Notes under the pieces: model-generated
What the model was told of the DNA's origin: nothing
The model's database searches: none
The model's input: the letters and a program-made list of their open reading frames with translations, nothing else
Assembly (NCBI GenBank): GCA_021498095.1
Contig: JAIZWK010000001.1
Coordinates: forward strand, 2,280,001 to 2,312,000
Length of the DNA: 32,000 nucleotides
Direction: 5' to 3'
Source: Candidatus Harpocratesius repetitus
GTDB lineage: Archaea; Asgardarchaeota; Lokiarchaeia; Sigyniarchaeales; Promethearchaeaceae
Program-made: the position numbers and the translations under genes
Shown: positions 18,308 through 32,000 of the stretch, one piece after another
Numbering within the stretch: the stretch's first letter is position 1
Layout: each line of letters opens with the position of its first letter

Positions 18308-19252
18308 ATGTCAAATTTGTCAAATATATCATATAGATCAAAACAAAATAAAAATGAATGTATATCAAAAAAGATAGGTTGGATCGGAACAGGTGTAATG
18401 GGGGCTCCAATGTGCTTACATCTATTAAATAATGGATTCTCTGTTTCAATTTTTACCAGGACAAAAAATAAAGCACAATCATTAATCGATAAGGGGGTAC
18501 AATGGTGTAATTCTCCTCAAGAAGTAGCTCAAAATAGTAACATTATTTTTACTATGGTCGGTTATCCACATGATGTTGAAGAAATTTACTGTTCCAAAAA
18601 TGGTATTTTTCAAGGTATTCGATCTCAAAGTATTCTTATTGATATGACCACTTCAGAACCAAATCTAGCTCAAAAAATATCTGAACGTGCTCATCAACAT
18701 GGGTGTTTAGCACTAGATGCCCCTGTTTCAGGGGGTGATATTGGAGCGCGTAATGGAACACTGGCTATTATGGTTGGAGGTGATAAAGAAGCTTATAATT
18801 TAGTCCTTCCAATTTTTCAAATTTTAGGGAAAAATATTAAGTATATGGGAACTGCTGGTGCAGGACAACATACAAAAATGAGTAATCAAATTCTTATTGC
18901 TTCTACGATGATAGGTGTGGTTGAATCTTTGTTATATGCATATAAAGCAGGAAATGATTTGAATGAAGTTATAGATGTAATTGGTAAAGGTGCAGCAGCT
19001 TCTTGGTCTATTAATAATTTAGGTAGAAGAATTGTAAATAATAATTTCGATCCTGGTTTTTTTATTAAGCATTTTGTGAAAGATATGGGTATTGCCTTAA
19101 AGGAAGCACAACACATGAATCTTTCACTACCAGGGCTTGCTTTGGCTCATCAGTTTTATATGAGTGCTATAGCTTCTGGACTTGAGAATCTCGGAACTCA
19201 AGCATTGTATAAAGTTTTTCAAAGATTGAATGGTATAAATATAGATTCATAA
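18308..19252 (+). CDS. NAD(P)-dependent beta-hydroxyacid dehydrogenase (3-hydroxyisobutyrate dehydrogenase / tartronate semialdehyde reductase family)
   Basis: IGWIGTGVMG Rossmann motif, LDAPVSGGDIGA, GAGQHTKMSNQ, FDPGFFIKHFVKDMGIAL; ATG at 18308 preferred over the track's 18197. Confidence 0.9.
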   Translation: MSNLSNISYRSKQNKNECISKKIGWIGTGVMGAPMCLHLLNNGFSVSIFTRTKNKAQSLIDKGVQWCNSPQEVAQNSNIIFTMVGYPHDVEEIYCSKNGIFQGIRSQSILIDMTTSEPNLAQKISERAHQHGCLALDAPVSGGDIGARNGTLAIMVGGDKEAYNLVLPIFQILGKNIKYMGTAGAGQHTKMSNQILIASTMIGVVESLLYAYKAGNDLNEVIDVIGKGAAASWSINNLGRRIVNNNFDPGFFIKHFVKDMGIALKEAQHMNLSLPGLALAHQFYMSAIASGLENLGTQALYKVFQRLNGINIDS

Positions 19253-19270
19253 CCAGATTAATTATTAATT

Positions 19271-20014
19271 TTAAGATTGTCTCTCTATTTTTTTTTCTTT
19301 TACTGGAAGATCAGAAATTTTATTATTGGAAATTTCAGTTAAAAAGAATTCATTAATCTTTCCTTTTTTCAATTCTATATATCTTTTTATTGTTAAAAAG
19401 CCAATTCCAGAATATGATGTTAAGATAATTCCATAAACGCTAATAATTGCATATAAATCATTATTATAGAAAGCTCCTATGATTACCGCACTAAAAATTG
19501 GTATTAATATCCAACTAAGAATGCGAGAAATATGTGATCCTCGAAGAGAGAGAAGGTAATAAAGAAAAATCATGAAATAACCTGGTATATAGTACAGTGG
19601 AAAATAAGGAGGAAATGAAACAGGCTGTCCTAAATTTCCTAAAATTCGAAATGATGCTAAATAAATATCCCACCAATCAATAGCGGGAAAGGGAAATATA
19701 CCTGTATCTATCCAGTAACAAGTCCAATATATTATATCTTCGAATATTATCATAAAAAATAAACCCATTAGAGTAAAATCCCATTTTTTCTTGGTTTTCC
19801 ATAAAAGAAGAAATACAATTCCTAAATACATGAATGCCCAATTAACTTGTGGGGGAATTATTCTGTCTATAAGATTACCGTAGGTATAAACAACAAAATA
19901 TTCGAAAATTCCATAAATTATTGAATAGATAAATGAAATAAATAAACTACTAAGAAGATTTGATCTAAATTTTTTTGAATCAGATTCGATAACAAATATT
20001 TTTTCAAGTTGCAT
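19271..20014 (-). CDS. Polytopic membrane protein, hypothetical
   Basis: 247-aa ORF with about 6 hydrophobic segments and host-like codon usage. Confidence 0.7.
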   Translation of the reverse strand: MQLEKIFVIESDSKKFRSNLLSSLFISFIYSIIYGIFEYFVVYTYGNLIDRIIPPQVNWAFMYLGIVFLLLWKTKKKWDFTLMGLFFMIIFEDIIYWTCYWIDTGIFPFPAIDWWDIYLASFRILGNLGQPVSFPPYFPLYYIPGYFMIFLYYLLSLRGSHISRILSWILIPIFSAVIIGAFYNNDLYAIISVYGIILTSYSGIGFLTIKRYIELKKGKINEFFLTEISNNKISDLPVKEKKIERQS

Positions 20015-20387
20015 AATATTTTCTTAAAGAAAAATATAATTAAATGTATTGTTTGAGAAATTCGGTAAAACTAGAAGAAAATTTGGCTAATTAGAAAAAA
20101 AAAATGGAAATATTATGAAAAAAAACATATTTCAGCGAATTAATGAGTTATTTACATTTATGTTGTTAGACGAATTAAGTTGTTGGAGTCAGAAATTTAT
20201 GACGTAAATCTTAAATTAGATGGTTTTCATGCCTTTCTCTGCATCTTTCTATTTAAATTTTGTCTAAAATCGAAAATAAAGGTTAAATAGGAGTAAAACC
20301 TTAGATAGTTTGTGTGAAGTCATCTTGACTTAACACTTTACCAACTCAATACCCTACAAAAATGGATAATGCTTTGACAACCATTGC

Positions 20388-20401
20388 CTAAAGTATATAT
20401 C
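20388..20401 (+). promoter_or_regulatory. Candidate BRE/TATA promoter for the rRNA locus
   Basis: ctaAAGTATATATc, ~330 nt upstream of the 23S 5' end and upstream of the hairpin-rich leader. Confidence 0.3.
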
Positions 20402-20730
20402 TTTACTAACATGGGTATTTGGGTAAAACATTGGAAAGATTCCTTCATTATCTTAATTGAGAACTAATCGAAGGATTAGAATGCAGGAATGAATTCTGAA
20501 TGCTTTACTCAACATGCATTAAGCATGTGCATTGGTCCTATGGCAAAATTTTGTTCGTAAAATTCAAATTGAGTAAATACGGACAATGTAGTATGATTTC
20601 AATAGCTCTTCCCTATTTTAAATTAATTTGTGTAAACCAAATAACCGTAATTTTATGGAAGATAACGCGTAATGGAGTAAATGGAGACATATCGTCTCTG
20701 ATAAGTAATCAGGGCTCGTTCCTGATTAAG

Positions 20731-23832
<3,102 letters not shown>

Positions 23833-24120
23833 TGGAAAAGGAACATATGGGCCCTGGCTTTGAGTCAGGACTCCAGAACGCGCTATGAAATTAACTACAA
23901 AATTTTGTCATGGGAAAAAAATCATATCAATCGGCGTGAATATGGATCAACGACATTTGTCACGGAAATGAAGTATTCCATTCCTTGATTATGATAAATA
24001 AATGAAGTCCTTTAGAAAGGACTGAAGTTGTTATGCACAGATGGTCGGTAAGTAAACGACCCCCAAAAAGGAATTTAAGTTGAATAGAAGCGAGATCAAA
24101 TGGAAGGATAATAAAAACCA

Positions 24121-25616
<1,496 letters not shown>

Positions 25617-25646
25617 ACAACGCACCGAAGGTATCATCCTTCGGGC

Positions 25647-25662
25647 ATTTCTTTCTTTTATT
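25647..25662 (+). terminator. T-rich tract after the 16S processing stem, candidate terminator
   Basis: atttctttcttttatt directly downstream of the 3' stem strand. Confidence 0.4.
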
Positions 25663-25724
25663 AAATTTCCTAATGCTAACAGTTAACTATTATATAAAAC
25701 ATTTTTAATCATTATTTGATTAAT

Positions 25725-26474
25725 CTATTGTCTTAAACGATTAATGGCTGCCTGATAAAATTTTTTGTTGATTTCAATTCCAATACAATAACGCTCTAGC
25801 TTTTTACAAACAATGTTAACAGTGCCAGTTCCTGCAAATGGATCGCACACTATTTGATTTTGATGCGAAGAAACTGTGATTAATTTTTCAATTAATTTTT
25901 CTGGTTTTTGAGTGGGATGTAAGGTTTTATATTTACCTTTTGAGTCTGGTTGTAAGTCTATTAATCGTTCAGGTCGTTGGCATATAGGCGTTTCTATGAG
26001 ATTGTGCATTTTTTTTTGACCTAGGAAATTAAAAGGCGGATTACCTTTAACGATGAATAAGATTAATTCAGTAGACGAGAGATATCCCGATTTCCTAATT
26101 TTCGGGGCAGGGTTTGTTTTATGCCAGACTAATATACCTTTATATCGAAATCCATATTTTTCAGTAATACGAATCAAATCAGAAATATATTGAGCACCAA
26201 AAAATATATACATAGAAGAATTATCTTTTAATTTAGATTCAAGAGATTTTATCCATGAATCAGTAAATTCTAAAAATTCATCATAAGTTTGGAAATGATC
26301 AAAATGAGCATTTTGTATAATATCAGCACGATGTTTAAATTTAATATTCGATTTTGTCATTATATAAAAAGGAGGGTCTGTAACAACTAAATCTATAGAT
26401 TTATTAGGTATTTTTGGCAAAATTTCAAGAGCATTGCCTAATAAAATCTGATTTTTCTGAAGATCGAAGGTCAT
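25725..26474 (-). CDS. Orphan beta-class amino-DNA methyltransferase (N6-A/N4-C; CcrM/DpnB-like)
   Basis: Motif IV LVVTDPPF near the N-terminus, WHKTNPAP, HPTQKPEKL, motif I VCDPFAGTGT near the C-terminus, IGIEIN. Confidence 0.88.
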   Translation of the reverse strand: MTFDLQKNQILLGNALEILPKIPNKSIDLVVTDPPFYIMTKSNIKFKHRADIIQNAHFDHFQTYDEFLEFTDSWIKSLESKLKDNSSMYIFFGAQYISDLIRITEKYGFRYKGILVWHKTNPAPKIRKSGYLSSTELILFIVKGNPPFNFLGQKKMHNLIETPICQRPERLIDLQPDSKGKYKTLHPTQKPEKLIEKLITVSSHQNQIVCDPFAGTGTVNIVCKKLERYCIGIEINKKFYQAAINRLRQ

Positions 26475-26720
26475 TCTTTAAAATTCAATATGATGATAAA
26501 TATTTTAAAATTTCTTGATCTTTTATCTCTTTATTTTAACATTTTTTATATTCAAATATTTTATTTTTTCTTAGTTTTTTTCTTTAGGAAATTACATTTT
26601 CTTTCCATATAACTAAAATTACAGACATTAGAAATTCATACTTTTTAATTAAAAATAAATTGAAACTTAAAAATTATCACTTAATTCCAAACTAACTTTT
26701 GAAGCCTTAGGTAGAAGTTT

Positions 26721-26739
26721 TAATATGAATTTACTTTAA
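26721..26739 (+). promoter_or_regulatory. 19-bp element TAATATGAATTTACTTTAA upstream of htpG (copy 1)
   Basis: Exact match to 29347-29365; runs into the TATA-like TTTAATAAA (26735-43). Confidence 0.55.
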
Positions 26740-26809
26740 TAAACTTGACAACATCTTTTGTAATCTACCAATTTGATCGATAAAGCAAACAACATAATGG
26801 TGATTAATA

Positions 26810-29104
26810 ATGACTGAAGCAAATACGCATGAATTTAAAGCCGAAATCAAGAAATTACTCAATATTTTAAGCAAGTCGCTCTACCAGCATAAAGAAATTT
26901 TCCTTCGAGAATTGATAAGTAATTCTTCTGATGCGTTGAAAAAGATCCATTTCATTGGTCTTTCTAATAAGGATATAGCAGATCCTGATTTAAAACACGA
27001 GATTGAAATAGTTTTAGATCAAGAAAAAAAAACACTAATTGTTAAAGATACAGGAGTTGGAATGACCAAAGAAGAGATGATTCAGAATTTAGGTACGATT
27101 GCTGGAAGTGGATCACAGAAATTTTTAGAGCAATTGGAACAATCTTCTGAAGAAAACAAAGAAATTGATCTGGATATTATTGGACAATTTGGAATTGGAT
27201 TTTACTCTGTGTTTATGGTTGCTAAGGAAGTAGAAGTCATTTCAAAATCATATAAGAAAGATGAACCTGCATATCGATGGATTTCAGATGGTTCAGGTCA
27301 ATTTGAAATTGAAATTACAGAAAAAGATCATCGTGGAACAGATGTTATCATCCATTTGCAGGATGAAGAAGAAGAATATTTACAATCGTATCGAATTGAG
27401 AGTATCATTAAGAAATACTCCAATTTTGTTCCATTTCCAATCTATGTCACTGAAATCAAAAAACCAGAAGAAAAAGTTGAAGTAGATCTTGATGAAGAGA
27501 CTGATGAAAAGAAAGATGAAGAGAAAGATAAAGAATTAGAGGAACATACTAGTGAAGAAGAAGGAGAAAAGTTTACAGATGAAAAGATAGAAGAAGAAAA
27601 AGAACCTGAACGTGTTCCTGTTAATCAAATTAACCCTATTTGGAAACGAAATAAAACAGAAATCACCGATGAAGACTATTTAAATTTCTATCATTATATT
27701 TCTAAGCGATATGACAATTATCTTAAAGTAATTAATTATAAAGTGGATGGAAGGGTACAATTTCGTTCCATTTTATTCATTCCAGAAACGCGATCTCAAG
27801 ATTTACTTCGACCTGAAGTAGAATATGGACTTGCTCTTTATTCAAAAAATGTTATGATTATGGAAAAATCGAAGGATATCATTCCTCAATGGATGCGATT
27901 TGTCTATGGAATTGTGGATTCAGATGATATTCTTCTTAATATCAGTCGTGAAACAATTCAAACAAATCGATTGATCATGAAAATTGAAGGATTGGTGGTA
28001 AAGCGATTTTTCAAAGAAGTTGAAGATCTATATACAGAAAGCCCAGATAAATACAAAACTTTTTGGAAAGAATTTGGTACCTTTATCAAAGAAGGAATTG
28101 TTACCGATCACGCCCGAAAAGAAAAATTGTTGGAATTGTTGCGATTTCAAACAAATAAGACTGCTGAAGATGAATATATAAGCTTAAAAACTTATGTTGA
28201 ACGGATGCAGGAAGATCAAAGCGAAATTTATTATTTAATTGGCGAGAATCTTGAAAGTATGAAGATGTCTCCTCATCTTGGATATTATGAGCAGAAAAAT
28301 CTCGAAGTAATATTCTTTGATCAACCTATTGACAATTTCTTAATGATGAACGTCCATGATTATTCTGTGAAATCTGGTGAAGGTGAAGATTCCGAAGAAA
28401 AATCCTATCCATTTAAACCAATAGATGTTTCCGAAGAAGAAAAGAAACCTGGCAGTGAAGAAAAAGAGAAGGATAAATCATCCGAGAAAGATGAAGATGA
28501 AGAGATACCATCTGATATTAAAGCATTTCTTGATCATGTTAAATCTTTATTGGGTGATAAAATTATCGATGCAAAAATATCCAAGCGGTTATACAAAAAT
28601 GCATGCAGATTGGCAAATCCTTCTACTGGTATGACTTCCAGCATGCAGCGTGCCATGCGTTATTGGACCCAATCTAATTTGGATAAATCTTTTCAGATCC
28701 CCCGCAAAATATTTGAATTTAATCCAGAACATGAAATGATTCAGAAAATGATCTTACTTTATAAAGATGATCCTAAGAACCAATTTATTGATCCTGTAAT
28801 TGAGCAGATGTTTGAAAACTGTCTACTTGCAGAAGGTGATCTTCCAGAACCAGCTAATATGGTACCTCGAATCAATCAAATATTAGAAATGTTGATCACA
28901 GGTAAGAAAATTACTGAAATTCCAGTAAAATCTGAATCAAAGTCAGAAAATGAAGAAATTGACGAAAATAAAGAACAAGAAGACGAAGAAGAAAATAAAG
29001 AAAGCAATGTTCAAGATGCAGAAATAATCGATGATAGTGATTCTGAAAACCATTCTGAAAGCAATTCGAATGAAAAATCAGATGATAGTCCTAAAAAAGA
29101 CTAA
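26810..29104 (+). CDS. htpG: Molecular chaperone Hsp90/HtpG
   Basis: FLRELISNSSDAL, DTGVGMTKEEMIQNLGTIAGSG, IGQFGIGFYSVF, DHRGTDV, LNISRETIQ (catalytic Arg), SPHL; SD-like GGTGAT at 26799-26804. Confidence 0.97.
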   Translation: MTEANTHEFKAEIKKLLNILSKSLYQHKEIFLRELISNSSDALKKIHFIGLSNKDIADPDLKHEIEIVLDQEKKTLIVKDTGVGMTKEEMIQNLGTIAGSGSQKFLEQLEQSSEENKEIDLDIIGQFGIGFYSVFMVAKEVEVISKSYKKDEPAYRWISDGSGQFEIEITEKDHRGTDVIIHLQDEEEEYLQSYRIESIIKKYSNFVPFPIYVTEIKKPEEKVEVDLDEETDEKKDEEKDKELEEHTSEEEGEKFTDEKIEEEKEPERVPVNQINPIWKRNKTEITDEDYLNFYHYISKRYDNYLKVINYKVDGRVQFRSILFIPETRSQDLLRPEVEYGLALYSKNVMIMEKSKDIIPQWMRFVYGIVDSDDILLNISRETIQTNRLIMKIEGLVVKRFFKEVEDLYTESPDKYKTFWKEFGTFIKEGIVTDHARKEKLLELLRFQTNKTAEDEYISLKTYVERMQEDQSEIYYLIGENLESMKMSPHLGYYEQKNLEVIFFDQPIDNFLMMNVHDYSVKSGEGEDSEEKSYPFKPIDVSEEEKKPGSEEKEKDKSSEKDEDEEIPSDIKAFLDHVKSLLGDKIIDAKISKRLYKNACRLANPSTGMTSSMQRAMRYWTQSNLDKSFQIPRKIFEFNPEHEMIQKMILLYKDDPKNQFIDPVIEQMFENCLLAEGDLPEPANMVPRINQILEMLITGKKITEIPVKSESKSENEEIDENKEQEDEEENKESNVQDAEIIDDSDSENHSESNSNEKSDDSPKKD

Positions 29105-29169
29105 CAATAAGCATTAAAAAAAGGATTTGAAGAAAAATAATATATTAAAATTGTTATAGAGCCATAAAT

Positions 29170-29232
29170 ATTCTTTTTTTTACCTTTTTACTTCTTTCTT
29201 CTTTTTCCTTTCTTCTTTATCCTTTTTTCTCG
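29170..29232 (+). terminator. Polypyrimidine tract after htpG, candidate terminator
   Basis: ~60 nt of almost only T/C following the TAA. Confidence 0.4.
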
Positions 29233-29346
29233 GTTATAATTCTGTTATATGGGTGAAAAATCTGCATTATTATTTGATTATTTGTAAATTTAGAGTTTTG
29301 TTTATTTTTAAAATTAGTCATGTCTAATAATAAAAGACTCCATTAA

Positions 29347-29365
29347 TAATATGAATTTACTTTAA
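29347..29365 (+). promoter_or_regulatory. 19-bp element TAATATGAATTTACTTTAA upstream of the FTR1-like gene (copy 2)
   Basis: Exact match to 26721-26739; ends in the TATA-like TTTAAA. Confidence 0.55.
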
Positions 29366-29388
29366 ATCTTCAGGTAAAGGTGAACGAC

Positions 29389-29749
29389 ATGATCACAAGT
29401 TTAATTATAACATTTCGAGAAACTTTAGAATCGGCTTTAATAATAGGAATAATACTCAGCTATCTTAATCGAATTGGAAGAAAGGAAATGAAAACTTTTG
29501 TTTGGTTGTGTGGCAGCTGGATTATTTGCTTATGGAATTCATGAATTACAAGAAGCAAGTATTATTCCAATATTTATTGAGCATATTTATGATATAAATT
29601 CATTTATTGATGAGAAGGGAAATTTTGGCAGTATCTTAAAAGGTCTATTCGGTTATAATGGAAATCCATCATTAGTTGAAACCACAATTTATAGTTTTTA
29701 TCTTCTTTTTGCCTTCATTCTTTGGAAATTAATAATTAAAGAAAAATAA
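29389..29749 (+). pseudogene. FTR1-family iron permease remnant with a large internal deletion and frameshift
   Basis: Frame 1 from ATG 29389 (SD AGGTGA at 29378): MITSLIITFRETLESALIIGIILSYL...FVWL with the RExxE motif. Joined at ~29509, out of frame, to the FTR1 C-terminus VAAGLFAYGIHELQEA...GSILKGLFGYNGNPS. Confidence 0.8.
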
Positions 29750-29885
29750 AATAAAAACTAAAATAAAAATAAAACGTTCATCTCCTATTTATATCAGAAA
29801 AAGGATTTGTACGCTTTTGGAACAACATTAAAAACCCTGATTCCATGGATATCTTATTTTTTTACTTATTACTTTATTTCTTTTA

Positions 29886-30710
29886 TTAATGTACATCAGA
29901 AGGATCCCAATCAGTATGTAGATTTTGGTTCCATGAATTCATGGTTTGCATATCTTCTATATCAATCGAGAAATCGAAAACAGATGCATTTTCTTCAATT
30001 CTATCCAATCTTTGTGACTTTGGTATTGGAACTACTCCTGTTTGAATACACCATCGGAGCATTAATTGTGCTGTTGTTTTATGATATTTTTCTGCTAATT
30101 TTTTCAAACCTTCATGATGAAGCATATAACCATTTGTTAATGGAGAATAAGCTTCAAGAAGAATATTATTATTCTTGCAAAAAATGAGAAGTTCTGTGAG
30201 ATTTAAAAATGGGTTGAACTCTACTTGGTTCACAAATGGAATTATGCCCGCGTTTTCTAAAATTTCATTCAAATGGGGAATGTAATAATTACTTACTCCA
30301 ATCGCACGACATAATCCTTCATCATACAGATGTTCCAAAGCTTTCCATGTATCTTTGCGCTTCACGGGTACCGGCCAGTGAATTAAATAAAGATCGATAT
30401 AATCTACTTGTAGTTTTTTCCGACTTCGTTCAAATGCCTCTAATGTCGATTCATAACCTTGTTCTGTATTCCAAACTTTAGAAGTGATAATAATTTCATC
30501 ACGATTGATCTCTGATTCTCGAATGACATCACCAATTTCTTTCTCATTTCCATAAAATGAAGCAGTATCTATCAATCGATATCCGATTTTTAATGCATAG
30601 CTTAAAACTTTTGTGAGTGTAGATCCTCTTAAAGCATAAGTTCCCAAACCTATTGGTGGGATTGATAACTCTTTTGTTAAAGAAATTCGAGAAGAGATTG
30701 ATTCTGTCAT
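29886..30710 (-). CDS. Aldo/keto reductase (2,5-DKG reductase-like)
   Basis: IGLGT, IDTASFYGNE, TSKVW, DLYLIHWP, IGVSNY, NQVEF, IPKS. Confidence 0.93.
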   Translation of the reverse strand: MTESISSRISLTKELSIPPIGLGTYALRGSTLTKVLSYALKIGYRLIDTASFYGNEKEIGDVIRESEINRDEIIITSKVWNTEQGYESTLEAFERSRKKLQVDYIDLYLIHWPVPVKRKDTWKALEHLYDEGLCRAIGVSNYYIPHLNEILENAGIIPFVNQVEFNPFLNLTELLIFCKNNNILLEAYSPLTNGYMLHHEGLKKLAEKYHKTTAQLMLRWCIQTGVVPIPKSQRLDRIEENASVFDFSIDIEDMQTMNSWNQNLHTDWDPSDVH

Positions 30711-30959
30711 CTAGATGCTCCTTTTACAGATATGTCAAAGAAGTAAAAATCCGAAATTCCATCGGATGCCTTCTTAATGAAATTTAACTCGATTCGCTCT
30801 TATAAATATTATGCAAAAAACTATTTTTTTTCATTTTTTTTGATGAGATAATTATTACTTGATTATCATTTATTTAGAGAAAAAGTTATAAGTATTCCAC
30901 ATAAATTATTTTATAATTACATTTGCGTACTTTAATTTAAAAAATAATTAGTTGATTCT

Positions 30960-31154
30960 ATGCAGGAATTTTCGAAATCTGAATCTGAACGCCTGAGTTT
31001 TACTGGCTCATCAACTAAACCTGATGAACGTGAGTTAATCCAAAAAAGAATTGTTATTATTGACCAGCGGATTAAATGGTTGATGAAAGTAAAAAATACT
31101 TTGGAAAATCAACTTCAAAATCTAGATCAAATCAATTTATTGAATAAATCTTAG
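30960..31154 (+). CDS. Small hypothetical protein, predicted coiled coil
   Basis: 64 aa in an otherwise empty intergenic gap; heptad-like IQKRIVIIDQRIKWLMKVKNTLENQL. Confidence 0.4.
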   Translation: MQEFSKSESERLSFTGSSTKPDERELIQKRIVIIDQRIKWLMKVKNTLENQLQNLDQINLLNKS

Positions 31155-31343
31155 TAGATATTAATCAATTTGAATAGATTTCTGTGCTAACTTTATTAAT
31201 TATTATGCTGGTACTTTGGGAAGTTGTAAAAGATTCATTTTTATTATTAAATATCTCTTTCTTAGAGATAATAAGGAAAAAAACTATTGAATTAATAAGC
31301 AAAACTTCTAAAAACTAAAAAATTATGTCATAATAGATAAGAT

Positions 31344-32000
31344 CTATTCTTTTGAAAGGACAACTTCTTGCTTTAAAAGTTTCTCCTTAATCGGATCCCA
31401 GAAAATCTGATTGTAGGGTCCGCTGGTATTGATTTTTGTCCACCAAACCTTGAAATTATCTTGAGGACAAACATTCATACACGCGGCACATTTAATGCAT
31501 TTTTCATCATCAATTTCAATATGAATCTTTGATTCCCATGCTGGTTCCATTTCTTTAAAAGTAATGGCTTCCGTAGGGCATATTTGCTCGCATTTATGAC
31601 AATCACCAGGGCATTTATTCATGTAATATTTAATAAACTCATCTTTGTCATCTGGTATTTCATAAGTTACCTCGATTTTTCCTTCCCAGTAAATATTGGC
31701 ATCTCGTCCTAATTTAGAGCAAGGTACTTTTTGAATTTCCAATTTCGGAATTGAATTATGCTCAATAAGTTTAAGTGTTTCGGTAGGAACCAATTCACCA
31801 TCTTCATACAATTGAATAGCATCAAACGGGCAAAAAATTTGACACGTTCCGCACATAACACATAAATCAGGATCTACTGTATCTACTACAGAAGCATTCA
31901 GATCTTTGGGTTTCGATTCATAAACAGCAGCTGCTGGGCCAAATAAAATAGCATCTTTTGGACAGACAATTGAACATTGCCCACACCCAGTACATTTCAT
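31344..32000 (-). CDS. Polyferredoxin (multiple 4Fe-4S), FwdF/MvhB-like; 5' probably truncated by window
   Basis: CTGCGQCSIVCP, CVMCGTCQIFCP, CPGDCHKCEQICP, CIKCAACMNVCP. Confidence 0.85.
   Translation of the reverse strand: MKCTGCGQCSIVCPKDAILFGPAAAVYESKPKDLNASVVDTVDPDLCVMCGTCQIFCPFDAIQLYEDGELVPTETLKLIEHNSIPKLEIQKVPCSKLGRDANIYWEGKIEVTYEIPDDKDEFIKYYMNKCPGDCHKCEQICPTEAITFKEMEPAWESKIHIEIDDEKCIKCAACMNVCPQDNFKVWWTKINTSGPYNQIFWDPIKEKLLKQEVVLSKE

Noticed and set aside
982-19116. Short antisense or overlapping ORFs (982, 1577, 2366, 3494, 8438, 9907, 11485, 11993, 12797, 14366, 14889, 16940, 17422, 17863, 18886)
   Set aside because: Shadows of well-supported genes on the opposite strand, with no recognisable motifs
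23833-24120. Possible tRNA-Ala or 5S rRNA in the spacer
   Set aside because: No cloverleaf, GTTC(G/A)A T-loop or 5S motif (e.g. CCGAAC...GAAGTTAAG) found; only short hairpins
27261-30481. ORFs 27261, 28425, 29807 and 30236
   Set aside because: Alternative-frame or antisense shadows of htpG and the aldo-keto reductase
31150-31343. SECIS element in the polyferredoxin 3' UTR
   Set aside because: Only an AT-rich hairpin (TATCTCT/AGAGATA 31252-70) without the SECIS core, and no in-frame TGA in the visible CDS

Overview
AT-rich archaeal chromosomal window, most likely from an Asgard archaeon (Lokiarchaeia/Promethearchaeia). This assignment is inferred from archaeal 16S/23S signatures, a ~100-nt ES39-type 23S expansion, carS, Hsp90 and several acyl-CoA ligases. 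In order it holds: the 3' end of a glycyl-radical activase; a tandem split-barrel flavin-binding protein; a minus-strand run xerA - ogg - DUF3841 - (broken IS607 tnpA, + strand) - dGTPase - carS; two acyl-CoA ligases (one fused to an alpha/beta hydrolase); an ISH3-like element; a frameshifted SAM methyltransferase; a PIG-L deacetylase; a GPH-type MFS transporter; a beta-hydroxyacid dehydrogenase; an rRNA locus in the reversed order 23S then 16S, with no tRNA-Ala or 5S; an orphan beta-class DNA methyltransferase; htpG; an internally deleted FTR1 iron permease; an aldo-keto reductase; and a truncated FwdF-like polyferredoxin. The best leads are the reversed rRNA locus, whose long-range processing stems have competing local hairpins, an exact 19-bp element shared upstream of htpG and FTR1, the IS607 tnpA with tandem in-frame TAG TAG, and the hydrolase-ligase fusion. 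No clearly new multi-gene system could be demonstrated from sequence alone. All family assignments are motif recognition from memory, not database searches.
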